Under the pieces are notes generated by a model that saw only the letters and a list, made by a program, of their open reading frames with translations, was not told where the DNA came from and did no database searches. This document shows, piece after piece, positions 44,129 through 52,856 of a DNA stretch of 64,000 nucleotides (the stretch's first letter is position 1; every line of letters begins with the position of its first letter). A program made the position numbers and the translations under genes. Source of the DNA: Poseidonia sp. (lineage in GTDB: Archaea; Thermoplasmatota; Poseidoniia; Poseidoniales; Poseidoniaceae); the NCBI GenBank assembly GCA_965661285.1, contig CBFIDD010000003.1:8215-72214 (forward strand), in the 5' to 3' direction.

Positions 44129-45262
44129 GTGAGGGGCGACCCTTACCGAGGTGAAATGATGGAAAACAGTGAGTATCTCGTGATTCTCACCACGCCCTCA
44201 AGAAACGACGGCGTTCGCCTCCAAATCGAGCGAACCGTCGGAACGCACGGCAAGAACAGGGACCTTCGCCTCAAGCAGCTTCCTCACATGGAAACCGCGA
44301 TTCAAACCCTGCGTGATGGAACCGGCGACATCGTTGCGATGAGCGCCTTTGACTGGGAACACCACGATGTTGAGGGATTGGCCATTGCTGGAGTGCTGCC
44401 CAGAAAAGAGCCAACATGGGTCTTGGTGGCGGACGACAAACCCGAATACCTCAAACAGGGCGCTCGGGTGATATGTGAGCATGAACTCCTGCGACGGCAA
44501 ATGCGCCGAATGCGCCCTGACATCGTCCTTGAAACCAGAGAGGAAATGGCAGAGAGAATCGGCGCAACTGCAGCGATGCAGGACCTCGACGAGGAGGATA
44601 TTTGGCCGTGGATGGAGGAACAGCGTATCCTCGGTCTCATCGACGGTTTCATTGTCCCACGAGCCATTCACGCAGGACACCGGATGAAAGGCCGGCGCCA
44701 CACCTTGGGATTGCAACGGGACCAAACCGAAAGTAACCGTGAGCGCTTCATCCCTCCTCCCCTTCACGGGTTTACCCTCCTTGTCTCGCGGCAGGGCTTC
44801 CCGAAAAACAGCGTTGTGGACATGCTGGACCCGAGTGCTGAACTGGCTTACCGCCTTGAAAAGGCTCTGCTCGAAAGCCTGGAACCTTCCTTACGCCCGA
44901 TCGTCGGCGTCTTCATTGAACAGCGCAAAATTTCCACATTTTTGAAGAAGGCAACGCAAGAAGGTGACGAGGTGCTGCTGACGTCGCTGGTTGACCCCAA
45001 CAAGAAAAGAGGGGTATTCAAGAGCGGCCCACGAGTTGAAATGCTCATTGAAACGCTGAATCAGAGCGGTACGGTCACCGCTGCCTGTGAGCGCCTTGTA
45101 CAACCCGAGAACAGCCACTTGGGGATGGTGAACCTTCTGAAGGAATTCATGGACCTTCTCGCCGTCATGACCACCGACCACGAAGCCACCAAACGCAACA
45201 TTCGCGGCATGCCGCCCTCGTTCATGGATGAACGTCCAAAATTGATGGACTTGGACGAGTAG
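44129..45262 (+). CDS. Hypothetical protein with weak, divergent resemblance to the hydroxymethylbilane synthase (HemC) fold
   Basis: Segments IAGVLPRKEPTWVLV and HELLRRQMRRMRPDIVLE resemble the HemC blocks ICEREDPRDAFV and SLRRQCQLAERRPDLII. The canonical GTRGS and cofactor-Cys motifs were not seen. Confidence 0.25.
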   Translation: MRGDPYRGEMMENSEYLVILTTPSRNDGVRLQIERTVGTHGKNRDLRLKQLPHMETAIQTLRDGTGDIVAMSAFDWEHHDVEGLAIAGVLPRKEPTWVLVADDKPEYLKQGARVICEHELLRRQMRRMRPDIVLETREEMAERIGATAAMQDLDEEDIWPWMEEQRILGLIDGFIVPRAIHAGHRMKGRRHTLGLQRDQTESNRERFIPPPLHGFTLLVSRQGFPKNSVVDMLDPSAELAYRLEKALLESLEPSLRPIVGVFIEQRKISTFLKKATQEGDEVLLTSLVDPNKKRGVFKSGPRVEMLIETLNQSGTVTAACERLVQPENSHLGMVNLLKEFMDLLAVMTTDHEATKRNIRGMPPSFMDERPKLMDLDE

Positions 45263-45328
45263 ACAAGCACCCCGCAAGCGGCAACACCTGTCAGAACACG
45301 CCTCCTTGGCATGATTGGACAGCGAAGA

Positions 45329-45335
45329 CATATAT
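45329..45335 (+). promoter_or_regulatory. Putative TATA-like element (catatat) about 40 nt upstream of the SAP-domain gene; a GGTGG lies 6 nt before the ATG
   Basis: An AT-rich heptamer in a GC-rich intergenic region. Confidence 0.2.
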
Positions 45336-45373
45336 GCTTTCAATGCGGCAAAAGCCGTAGAGGTGGGGCGTCA

Positions 45374-47110
45374 ATGGACACATCGGCATTGTTAGGCGAA
45401 CTCTACCAAGCTCGTTTTGACGACCTCAAAGCCATTGCACAAGGACACGGTGTTGCGAAATCCGGACCGGTTGAATCCCTCCGTGCTCGCCTCATCCAGC
45501 ACCTCATTTTCCCGGATTGGGATTTCTCCCCTGCTGGACTTCGCAGCATTTCGAACAGCGACCTCGGAGAAATTCTGGGGCTGTTCGGTATCAAAAAATC
45601 GGGTTCCATCAAGGCTCGGCGACAACGTCTGCATCTCCACTTGAACCACGACCCGAAATCCCTGGCCGTTGAGCGCCTCGACGACATGACGCGAGATGAA
45701 CTTCATGCGATGTGCAAGGACCTCGAACTTCCACTTTCGGGCAATAAGCAAACGCTTCTGGCGCGCGTGGCGGGCGTTTTGGCATCCCAAGAAAATGCGT
45801 GGGGAAAGGTCAAGAAAAGTCTCCGGCGCCCACGAGGCCCGGTTTCCGTCCCGAACATCAGCACTGTCGCGTCCCAAGCCAACCCCGAACCGGTGGAAGA
45901 AACGGTGGCCACCTTTGTGGAAGAGCACGATGAGGGTTGGACCTACGAGGAAGAGGTTGCCCTCAAGGAGGACCTCGCAAACATCGGACACGATGTGTCA
46001 TCCTCACAGATCGAAGCCGAACTTGCGCAGCAACTTCGACCAGCACAGGTCGATGCTGCAACCGATGTCCCCCCGATGATTCAACACACCAGCGCCAGCG
46101 AGACCCACAGTTTGGAGACCGAGACGGCGCTGATGGAACTTCGAGAACGAACCGCAGAGATCCATGCGCTCGCACGTGATTTCTTGATGGTAAGTTCCAC
46201 CACCAACCAAGAGGATTTGAACGCCTTCATTCAATCCCTGCGGACCCAAGGTTTCGCCACCGACCTCGCTCCGGTGCATCAGGCCGTAGCGCAAATGGTC
46301 ATGGAGCTTGATTATCGCGTCCAAAACGAAACCCAAGCGGCCACAGCGCTTCCTCAATCCTGGAGCGAGCGGGAAGCCTTGCGCCGCTTTGAAGAAGTAA
46401 GGAGTACGCTTCGGGACCGGTTGGAAAACATCCTCGCGCTTCATGCATCCGATGTCGTCAAAGCGAGAATGGCCTTTGAGCAAGAAGGTCGAGACTTGGA
46501 ACTCGACCTACGCGTACCCAGCGTTTCGGGACGGCTGCACGCGCTCTTCGACCTCCACATCGAAATCGCTGAGTCACAAGCACTTCACGACCCCGTTGTT
46601 CAACGTCGCCAGCGAATGATGCGAATCCTCCACCGAGGGGCCGTTCACATGCCTGAGAGCGAACGGATGACCGTTCAGCGATTGGAGCGAAACATCGCTT
46701 CGTTTGAGGAACTCGTCCAGACCATCCTTGAATCAGGCGAGGACGGGTTTGATGAGGCCCAACAAGCCCTTGTGATAAGGTTCCTCGAATCCAAAGGCTA
46801 TGAGGTCAACACGACCCAACTCCGTCCCCGCGTGCTCGCCTGCGCTGGTATTCTTGGAGCCGAACTTGGCTACCTTTCGCCGAGTGAAATTCCACGTATT
46901 GCTCCGGGTGTTCTCGTCTCAGAAACGGAGGTTGACGCCATCGTTACCGAATTGAAATCATTGGCTGCGAGTTTCAAACCAACGGTTGAGGGCGAACCTG
47001 AAGAGGAGAATGAAGTGGCAGAATCAGTGGCCGATGCTTCGGATAACCTCGCACGAATCCGTGGAAAAATTGACCGTGTTGACGATCTTCTCAACAGGCT
47101 CAACGGATGA
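45374..47110 (+). CDS. Hypothetical protein with two N-terminal SAP-like DNA-binding motifs followed by a long acidic, coiled-coil-rich region
   Basis: The two SAP-like segments are LKAIAQGHGVAKSGPVESLRARLIQHL and TRDELHAMCKDLELPLSGNKQTLLARVAGVL. The remainder is helical and E/Q/R-rich. Start trimmed to the ATG at 45374. Confidence 0.4.
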   Translation: MDTSALLGELYQARFDDLKAIAQGHGVAKSGPVESLRARLIQHLIFPDWDFSPAGLRSISNSDLGEILGLFGIKKSGSIKARRQRLHLHLNHDPKSLAVERLDDMTRDELHAMCKDLELPLSGNKQTLLARVAGVLASQENAWGKVKKSLRRPRGPVSVPNISTVASQANPEPVEETVATFVEEHDEGWTYEEEVALKEDLANIGHDVSSSQIEAELAQQLRPAQVDAATDVPPMIQHTSASETHSLETETALMELRERTAEIHALARDFLMVSSTTNQEDLNAFIQSLRTQGFATDLAPVHQAVAQMVMELDYRVQNETQAATALPQSWSEREALRRFEEVRSTLRDRLENILALHASDVVKARMAFEQEGRDLELDLRVPSVSGRLHALFDLHIEIAESQALHDPVVQRRQRMMRILHRGAVHMPESERMTVQRLERNIASFEELVQTILESGEDGFDEAQQALVIRFLESKGYEVNTTQLRPRVLACAGILGAELGYLSPSEIPRIAPGVLVSETEVDAIVTELKSLAASFKPTVEGEPEEENEVAESVADASDNLARIRGKIDRVDDLLNRLNG

Positions 47111-47111
47111 T

Positions 47112-48353
47112 TCAGTGCTGTTGGGCGTAGAAATTCTGAACCACCGAGGTCACCGTTTGGATGTCGGAGATTCCACGCTGGCACAAATCTTCAATGATGG
47201 CTTGTCGCTGAGACACATGTCGTTCAAAGACATCCGGCGTAACGCCGGCAGCGTTGCAAATGGTTTCACGAAGTTTTGAGGGAATGCCCGTCTCCTCGAT
47301 TTGGTCGGTTGCGGCATTGTACTTCCAAATCGCATTCAGACGGGGTTTATCGCCTTCCATGCCCGCTATCTCTGCCACTTCGGTGATTTTGCGTGCGGTC
47401 TTTCCGTTGACGTGAAGGCGGGCTTGGATGATGATGAGGTCGAGTCCACTCAACATGATGGGCGGTACGCTCATCGGTGGGTTGATCATCCGAGTCACCG
47501 TTTCTTGGGCGGTGTTGGCGTGCAGGGAACCAAAGGAACCGTCGTGGCCGGTGTTCATGGCAGTGAGCAGTGTAGCGCACTCAGGCCCACGGACTTCACC
47601 GACGATGATGCGGTCGGGTCGCATACGAAGGCTGGATTTCAGGCAGTCGTTCATGTCAACTTCTGGCGTGCCGTCCGGGCGCTCTCTTCGTGTTTCCATT
47701 CGGAGCCAATGGTCATGGTACACCTGCAATTCTGCGGTGTCTTCAACCGTCAACAAACGACGCGACCATGGAATGTACATTCCAAGGCAATTCAAGGTGG
47801 TGGTTTTACCAGAACCCGTGCCGCCAGCGATGACAAAGTTTGCTGGACGGCTGTCAAGACCCTCAATCCAAACCCACATCATGGCGGCCAGGCGTGAATT
47901 CACCGTGCCAAAGTTCACGAGGTCAATTATCGTGAGCGGGTCTTCCTTGAATTTACGAATGGTCAGCGTTGGCCCGTCTGGAGAGACCGGAGGAATGGTC
48001 CCGTTGACACGAGAACCGTCTGGCAGGCGGCCGTCGAAAATGGGAACAAGGCCCGGGCCATCACCCAGTGGAACGTTGGTGAAGGAAGCGATGTTCTTCG
48101 CAATCTGAAGTCCCGATTCATCGTCAATCCAGATGTTGGTTCTGCACATGCCGTGATTGCGGTGAGCAACTTTGACACATTGCGTGCCTCCATTGTACAT
48201 CACTTCTTCAAGCGAATCGTCCTCAAATAAGGCAGCAAGGTCGCCGTAAGGGTTCGCTTGAATGTCGCCATCGACGTGATAGATGGGAGAGGGGTGATTG
48301 GCTTCTGTGTAGATGGTTACTCGTCCGTATTGTTCCAAGATTTGTTCTGACAT
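47112..48353 (-). CDS. Type II/IV secretion system ATPase (TadA/CpaF/FlaI-like pilus assembly ATPase)
   Basis: The Walker A is IAGGTGSGKTTTLN, with the Asp box and Walker B LLTVEDTAELQ and the His box SLHANTAQE. Start trimmed to the ATG at 48353; the ORF track's TTG start is at 48368. Confidence 0.8.
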   Translation of the reverse strand: MSEQILEQYGRVTIYTEANHPSPIYHVDGDIQANPYGDLAALFEDDSLEEVMYNGGTQCVKVAHRNHGMCRTNIWIDDESGLQIAKNIASFTNVPLGDGPGLVPIFDGRLPDGSRVNGTIPPVSPDGPTLTIRKFKEDPLTIIDLVNFGTVNSRLAAMMWVWIEGLDSRPANFVIAGGTGSGKTTTLNCLGMYIPWSRRLLTVEDTAELQVYHDHWLRMETRRERPDGTPEVDMNDCLKSSLRMRPDRIIVGEVRGPECATLLTAMNTGHDGSFGSLHANTAQETVTRMINPPMSVPPIMLSGLDLIIIQARLHVNGKTARKITEVAEIAGMEGDKPRLNAIWKYNAATDQIEETGIPSKLRETICNAAGVTPDVFERHVSQRQAIIEDLCQRGISDIQTVTSVVQNFYAQQH

Positions 48354-48357
48354 GTCT

Positions 48358-49089
48358 TCAACCTCCAACGGCTTTCACGGCGCCCAAGTACAACCCCATG
48401 GAAATGGTCATCCACAAGGGAAGCCACCACAAGGTGTCTTTGAGACGACCCATCATTCGCCCGGATACACCCACGCCAACGGCGGACGCTGCAGCGAAAA
48501 AGAGACTGAAGGTTTGGTTGAAACCGGTGATTTGGAAGCCTTTGCTGGCAGGAGCGAACAGACCGACGATAAAGGCGATAAGAACAGGTAAGCCGACGCT
48601 CACAAAGATGACGATGAGCATGCCTCGTCCAGAAAGTTCGCTTTCTCGCTGATTCATCAAGTCGTTCAAACGCTCGTAATCTCGACTGAGGTCGCTCAAG
48701 ATGTCGCGAAGGCTCGAATCCTGTTGAATCGCCGTTTCAATCAACATCATGACGCGCTGAACTTGGCTGGAGCGGGTCTTGGCTGCGAACGCAGAAAGGC
48801 TTGCCTCAAAGGAGGACGCATGGGCTTCTTTCAGGGTTTCAGCAAGCAGGGTTGCAAGCAAACCATCGTTGGATTCCGACTGTTCCATCATCGCCTCCTG
48901 GAGACCTCGTCCTGCCCCGACCGAATCGGACAGGGCCTCAAGGAAGGTCGGAAGGGCGTTTTCAATCGCACGGCGGCGGCGACGTTCCAACATGGGCGGG
49001 ATGCCACCTCCGACACCGGCGATGGCGATAACGGCCAAAAAGAGGAGAAGGGGCGACTCGTTGAACGACTCCAGGAATCCAAAGATCAT
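48358..49089 (-). CDS. Type II secretion system F-domain membrane protein (TadC-like)
   Basis: A T2SSF-like helical domain followed by TM helices. It lies 4 nt upstream of the ATPase gene. Confidence 0.6.
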   Translation of the reverse strand: MIFGFLESFNESPLLLFLAVIAIAGVGGGIPPMLERRRRRAIENALPTFLEALSDSVGAGRGLQEAMMEQSESNDGLLATLLAETLKEAHASSFEASLSAFAAKTRSSQVQRVMMLIETAIQQDSSLRDILSDLSRDYERLNDLMNQRESELSGRGMLIVIFVSVGLPVLIAFIVGLFAPASKGFQITGFNQTFSLFFAAASAVGVGVSGRMMGRLKDTLWWLPLWMTISMGLYLGAVKAVGG

Positions 49090-49098
49090 CAGAACACC

Positions 49099-49689
49099 TC
49101 ACAATCCAGGGTCTTTCGTGTGCGCCTTAAGACCGATGAGCGCCATGCCAACAAGGGTGAGGAGCAAGCCCATGTTCACCACGCTGTTGATGACCGATGA
49201 ATCCGGGAGCGACATGAAGGCGCCGAGGTCACCGGACATCAGTTGAGGGACCAAACCCACAATAGCGAGGATAATGGGGCCAATCATCCCTATAGAAAGG
49301 AGCGTCTCGGGCACGCCGCCAAGGTCTTCGATGTATTTTTCCACTTCTTCGGACCTGTCTTCTTCCATCCTTGCGCCCTGTTTTTTGAGGGTTTCAACGA
49401 GGTCGGTGTTTTGGGTGACGTTGGTGTAGAGGGTGTTGAGAAGGCGCTTGTAGCCTGCGGATTGGGCGGTCTTCATCATGCTCTTCAGCTCTTTGTCAAG
49501 ACCGCCGCCGGTGCCTTTGCGCAACCGTTTCATCATCGAGGAAAAGTCGTCTGAGATGATACCGTAGCCGCCGCGTCCGATGGTGTGGAGGGCGGCTTCC
49601 AGCCCAACACCCGATGACATCAGCACATCCATGGTGCGAATCACATAGAGGAGTTCTCTCTTTTCCTCGAGTTCACGCACGCCATGCAC
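49099..49689 (-). CDS. Type II secretion system F-domain membrane protein (TadB-like). It may be the N-terminal half of a split FlaJ/TadC-type gene.
   Basis: A T2SSF-like domain (LLYVIRTMDVLMSSGVGLEAALHTI) plus TM helices. There is a 9-nt gap to the downstream T2SSF gene. Confidence 0.55.
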   Translation of the reverse strand: MHGVRELEEKRELLYVIRTMDVLMSSGVGLEAALHTIGRGGYGIISDDFSSMMKRLRKGTGGGLDKELKSMMKTAQSAGYKRLLNTLYTNVTQNTDLVETLKKQGARMEEDRSEEVEKYIEDLGGVPETLLSIGMIGPIILAIVGLVPQLMSGDLGAFMSLPDSSVINSVVNMGLLLTLVGMALIGLKAHTKDPGL

Positions 49690-49693
49690 CCCT

Positions 49694-50047
49694 TCAAATC
49701 ACGTCTTCGAGCAACTCAAAATGGAATCCTTCGTTGGCGCTGTCGTATTCCATCACCGCGAAAATCACCTTCACATCTCGTTCTTCAAAGGGGTCGTGGA
49801 TGTAGGGCTGTCCCGTGCGGAACATGGCCACGATTCGCTTGTATTCGTCGATGCTCAATTCTCCACGCACGGTGTACAATGTCGATTCTGAGCCTTCGTC
49901 ATGCAAGTCATCGCCTTCTTGTCCACGAATAACCGTACGGGTGAGACGACGCGTCATACGAACTTTGATGTCGGCATTTGCAATTCGAACCCAGTCAGAG
50001 CTTGATGTTCCTGTCGCCGGGCGAATAAAGAAATCCATTCCAGCCAT
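49694..50047 (-). CDS. Hypothetical small soluble protein encoded immediately upstream of the pilus membrane components
   Basis: ORF with an ATG start and a 4-nt gap to the TadB-like gene. No motif recognised. Confidence 0.35.
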   Translation of the reverse strand: MAGMDFFIRPATGTSSSDWVRIANADIKVRMTRRLTRTVIRGQEGDDLHDEGSESTLYTVRGELSIDEYKRIVAMFRTGQPYIHDPFEERDVKVIFAVMEYDSANEGFHFELLEDVI

Positions 50048-50103
50048 GTTTGACCCCTGTTCACCCCACAGCGTGAGAAGAACTTGAATGTGTTGGATGA
50101 GGA

Positions 50104-51015
50104 TTATTCATTTGTAGCAAGTCGGAACCAACCAAACCGAGGCTCGTCTAGCGTGCCACCATCGAGCATCTCCTCGAGTTTTGCCTCGGCCACCTCTCGG
50201 ACGAAGCCACGTGCAACAGCATTTTTGAGGAGCGTGTCAAAGGTTACCCCCTCTCCTTGGTCCAAATGCCCGATGGCTTGGAGGAGGAACGCCTGGACAT
50301 CTTGACCGCTCGCTTGGTCATCCTCGGAACCCTCCGGCAGGGACATCACGGGCGGTGCTGTCGTTGCTGCCTCAATACGGCCCTCGGCGATGTCGAGCGC
50401 CTGCATCAGGTTGAGTTTGAAGGGTTCGAGATCGATTTCACCGTAGTGGTTTCGAGCGGAGAGCAAACTGACCGGGAGGTCGGCTTTTCCGTAGGCGTCG
50501 AGGGTGGGTTCAACCTCGAGAGAAGCCGTAAACTGGCTCATGCGGGTCATCGTGGCTTCACAGGCATCGAGCAGCCAATTGGCGTAGACCTCTCGGCTGA
50601 CCACACAGGCTTCTTCAGGCCGCAACGACGTGTAGACGGCTCCCTCATCGGTTTGATACCATCGTGTTTTCGAGGTCATCATCACGAGAAGAGGCTCGCC
50701 ATCGTTGAGGCGGTCTGTCCACTGATGGGCCAGTTCCTGCATCATCTCAGAGTTGTATTCGCCAATCGAAAAATAATGAAGACCGGTCGGGTCTCGGAGT
50801 TGCCCCTGGTAGAGTGAGGACCCGTTGCTGGTTTCGCGCAATTCCAATCGCTCAAGGAGGCCAGCGGCGACGATGCGGTTGACCTTTGCCCCGAGTTTCG
50901 TGATCACAAAGGACGGGTCGTATTCACCCGAGCCCTTCTCGTTGAGGGTGGCGCTTCCAAACTCAGAGGCGAGTAAGAGATGAGCCGGCTGGCGTGAGAT
51001 TCGTGCTCGCTCCAT
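50104..51015 (-). CDS. rpa2: RPA-associated / RPA32-like subunit with an OB fold and a C-terminal winged helix
   Basis: Its ATG overlaps the RPA1 stop (ATGA). The C-terminal wH-like segment is FDTLLKNAVARGFVREVAEAKLEEMLDGGTLDEPRFGWFRL. Confidence 0.6.
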   Translation of the reverse strand: MERARISRQPAHLLLASEFGSATLNEKGSGEYDPSFVITKLGAKVNRIVAAGLLERLELRETSNGSSLYQGQLRDPTGLHYFSIGEYNSEMMQELAHQWTDRLNDGEPLLVMMTSKTRWYQTDEGAVYTSLRPEEACVVSREVYANWLLDACEATMTRMSQFTASLEVEPTLDAYGKADLPVSLLSARNHYGEIDLEPFKLNLMQALDIAEGRIEAATTAPPVMSLPEGSEDDQASGQDVQAFLLQAIGHLDQGEGVTFDTLLKNAVARGFVREVAEAKLEEMLDGGTLDEPRFGWFRLATNE

Positions 51016-52697
51016 CAGGCCCACCCCCACTGCATTCGCAATTCAGAGGCACGCATTTGCGCATCGTGTTCCTGGATTTCAAAGCCGTCCGCCAGCACCA
51101 TAGCGCCTTGGTCGTCAACGATGCTGCGACCGGTAACGCTGACCTGTCGTCCGAGCAATCGTTCTCGGACAAATTGTACGAAGCCAACATCGCCAAGTTC
51201 CTCAACTTTGGCTTTCATGTCGTCCTGACTCATTGCGAGGGCGGCGAGTGTGGCGTCCTTGTTCACCAGAACAGCAGCGGTTACGCCGTCTTCGTCCATC
51301 ACGGTTCGCAGGCGAATGTCCTCGTTCCCTTCGTTGGCACCGTGGTCAAAACACGCACCGTCTCGAAGGACACGCCGGCATTCAGTGCATCGAAGAATGA
51401 AACCAGAGTCCTCTCGCACACTCACAAGCATGCCGCCGGTTTTCATGCCAACACGACTGGGCCCTGCCACGACTTCGGTCAATGGGACCTCAACAGCGTG
51501 ATTGGTGAGGTCCATGTTTTCATCCCAAGGGGGTGAATCGAGCAGCGTGATTTGGTCTGCCTTGTCCACGGTGATATCGGGGATGCCTTGCCAAGCTCGC
51601 ACCCGTGCGCCTTTGATTTCCATCGTCACGGGTAAATCACTTTCCTCGAAGGGAAGCGTATCCCAGATGCTGATTCGGCATCGGCCTGTCGGGTCCGCTA
51701 TTTGACCCGACCAGAGAAATTTCTCCTCACCGTCACGTTCAAACGTTCGCTTCATAATTTCTGTGATTTGCACCACGGCATCAACATCGCGAGACCCGTC
51801 TCGCAAGCCAGAAATGGTGGTCTTCGTACGTTGGGCCAAGGTCTCGAGGTCGGCAAAATTGGTATCGTGAAACACCTCAATCCGTGTCGTTCGACCGAAG
51901 TTCAGTTCAGGCGTATCGCGGAAACTCCGTACTTGGGCGCCGTCGATTTTCAGCAACGTGCCCACTTCGTGATCAAAGGGTTCCCAGGAGAGGAAACCGA
52001 TCGTTCCGGTATCATCGGCGATCCGCCCGCGAACGACGTCAATGGAACCAGAGCCGTCCTTCCTGTGAATTTGGTCTGGACGAGATGCCAGCACTCGGCC
52101 AACCACGCAGATGTAGCCTTCATTGGGAATGGCGCCGATATCAACCGGGTCGTTGGAGGACACCTGCGTTGCAACGCCTTCCTTCAGGACGACGATGCGC
52201 GTGGATTGATTGATGTTCAGCGACATTTTTCCGTTGTACTCATTCACGCTCGCACCTTCGATGCGAACGATGCTCCCCGATGTCAGATTGGCATGGGGCC
52301 CCCAGTCTTTGTAGTCCCAACGGGTGCGCTGGCCGTTTTCTTCCCAGGGATTGTCTTCGAGCATACCGAAGGCGATTTGTTTCTCTTCGCCTCGAATCAT
52401 CTGGTCTCGAATGTTGTGAGTGACGATGGCCACCTCGATCTCAACATCACGGTCGCTTCCCGAAAGCTCCGAGAGACTGGCGACTTTCTTGGTCGCTCGG
52501 GTTTGACCTGCGCCTCCGCTCGGCGCGGGCGTGGTGCCGCTTTGGAAACGGCGTAGGACAGAGCGCATGGCGTCTTGTGGTGGGATGTAGAACTCTTGTT
52601 CGTACTTCGCGAAGGCTTCTGCAATCTCCTCAGCATCGGCATCAGGGCATTCTTTCTGAACGGCCTCGACATAGTCGGCATATTTGCCTTCAGACAT
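51015..52697 (-). CDS. rpa1: Replication protein A large subunit with multiple OB folds and a C4 zinc finger
   Basis: Three to four OB-fold repeats (e.g. VDAVVQITEI, ICVVGRVLAS). The zinc motif is CTECRRVLRDGACFDHG. Confidence 0.8.
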   Translation of the reverse strand: MSEGKYADYVEAVQKECPDADAEEIAEAFAKYEQEFYIPPQDAMRSVLRRFQSGTTPAPSGGAGQTRATKKVASLSELSGSDRDVEIEVAIVTHNIRDQMIRGEEKQIAFGMLEDNPWEENGQRTRWDYKDWGPHANLTSGSIVRIEGASVNEYNGKMSLNINQSTRIVVLKEGVATQVSSNDPVDIGAIPNEGYICVVGRVLASRPDQIHRKDGSGSIDVVRGRIADDTGTIGFLSWEPFDHEVGTLLKIDGAQVRSFRDTPELNFGRTTRIEVFHDTNFADLETLAQRTKTTISGLRDGSRDVDAVVQITEIMKRTFERDGEEKFLWSGQIADPTGRCRISIWDTLPFEESDLPVTMEIKGARVRAWQGIPDITVDKADQITLLDSPPWDENMDLTNHAVEVPLTEVVAGPSRVGMKTGGMLVSVREDSGFILRCTECRRVLRDGACFDHGANEGNEDIRLRTVMDEDGVTAAVLVNKDATLAALAMSQDDMKAKVEELGDVGFVQFVRERLLGRQVSVTGRSIVDDQGAMVLADGFEIQEHDAQMRASELRMQWGWA

Positions 52698-52856
52698 GAT
52701 ATCGTCCTCCGACAGGCGTTGTTGTTCGGGGCCTGTGCGGAGAACAGGCGGCGGGCTTTCGTGCGGGTTGGTTAAGATTGGACACTCCCTTGACCTCCAT
52801 GGGACATCTTACCAATGACGACAGGACATAAAGAATCCCGTGCAGATTCTTGACCT

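Noticed and set aside
49089-49099. Calling the TadB-like/TadC-like split a pseudogene
   Set aside because: Each ORF has its own start codon and a full T2SSF-like domain with TM segments, and bacterial Tad loci normally encode two such proteins. It is kept as two genes, with the ambiguity noted.
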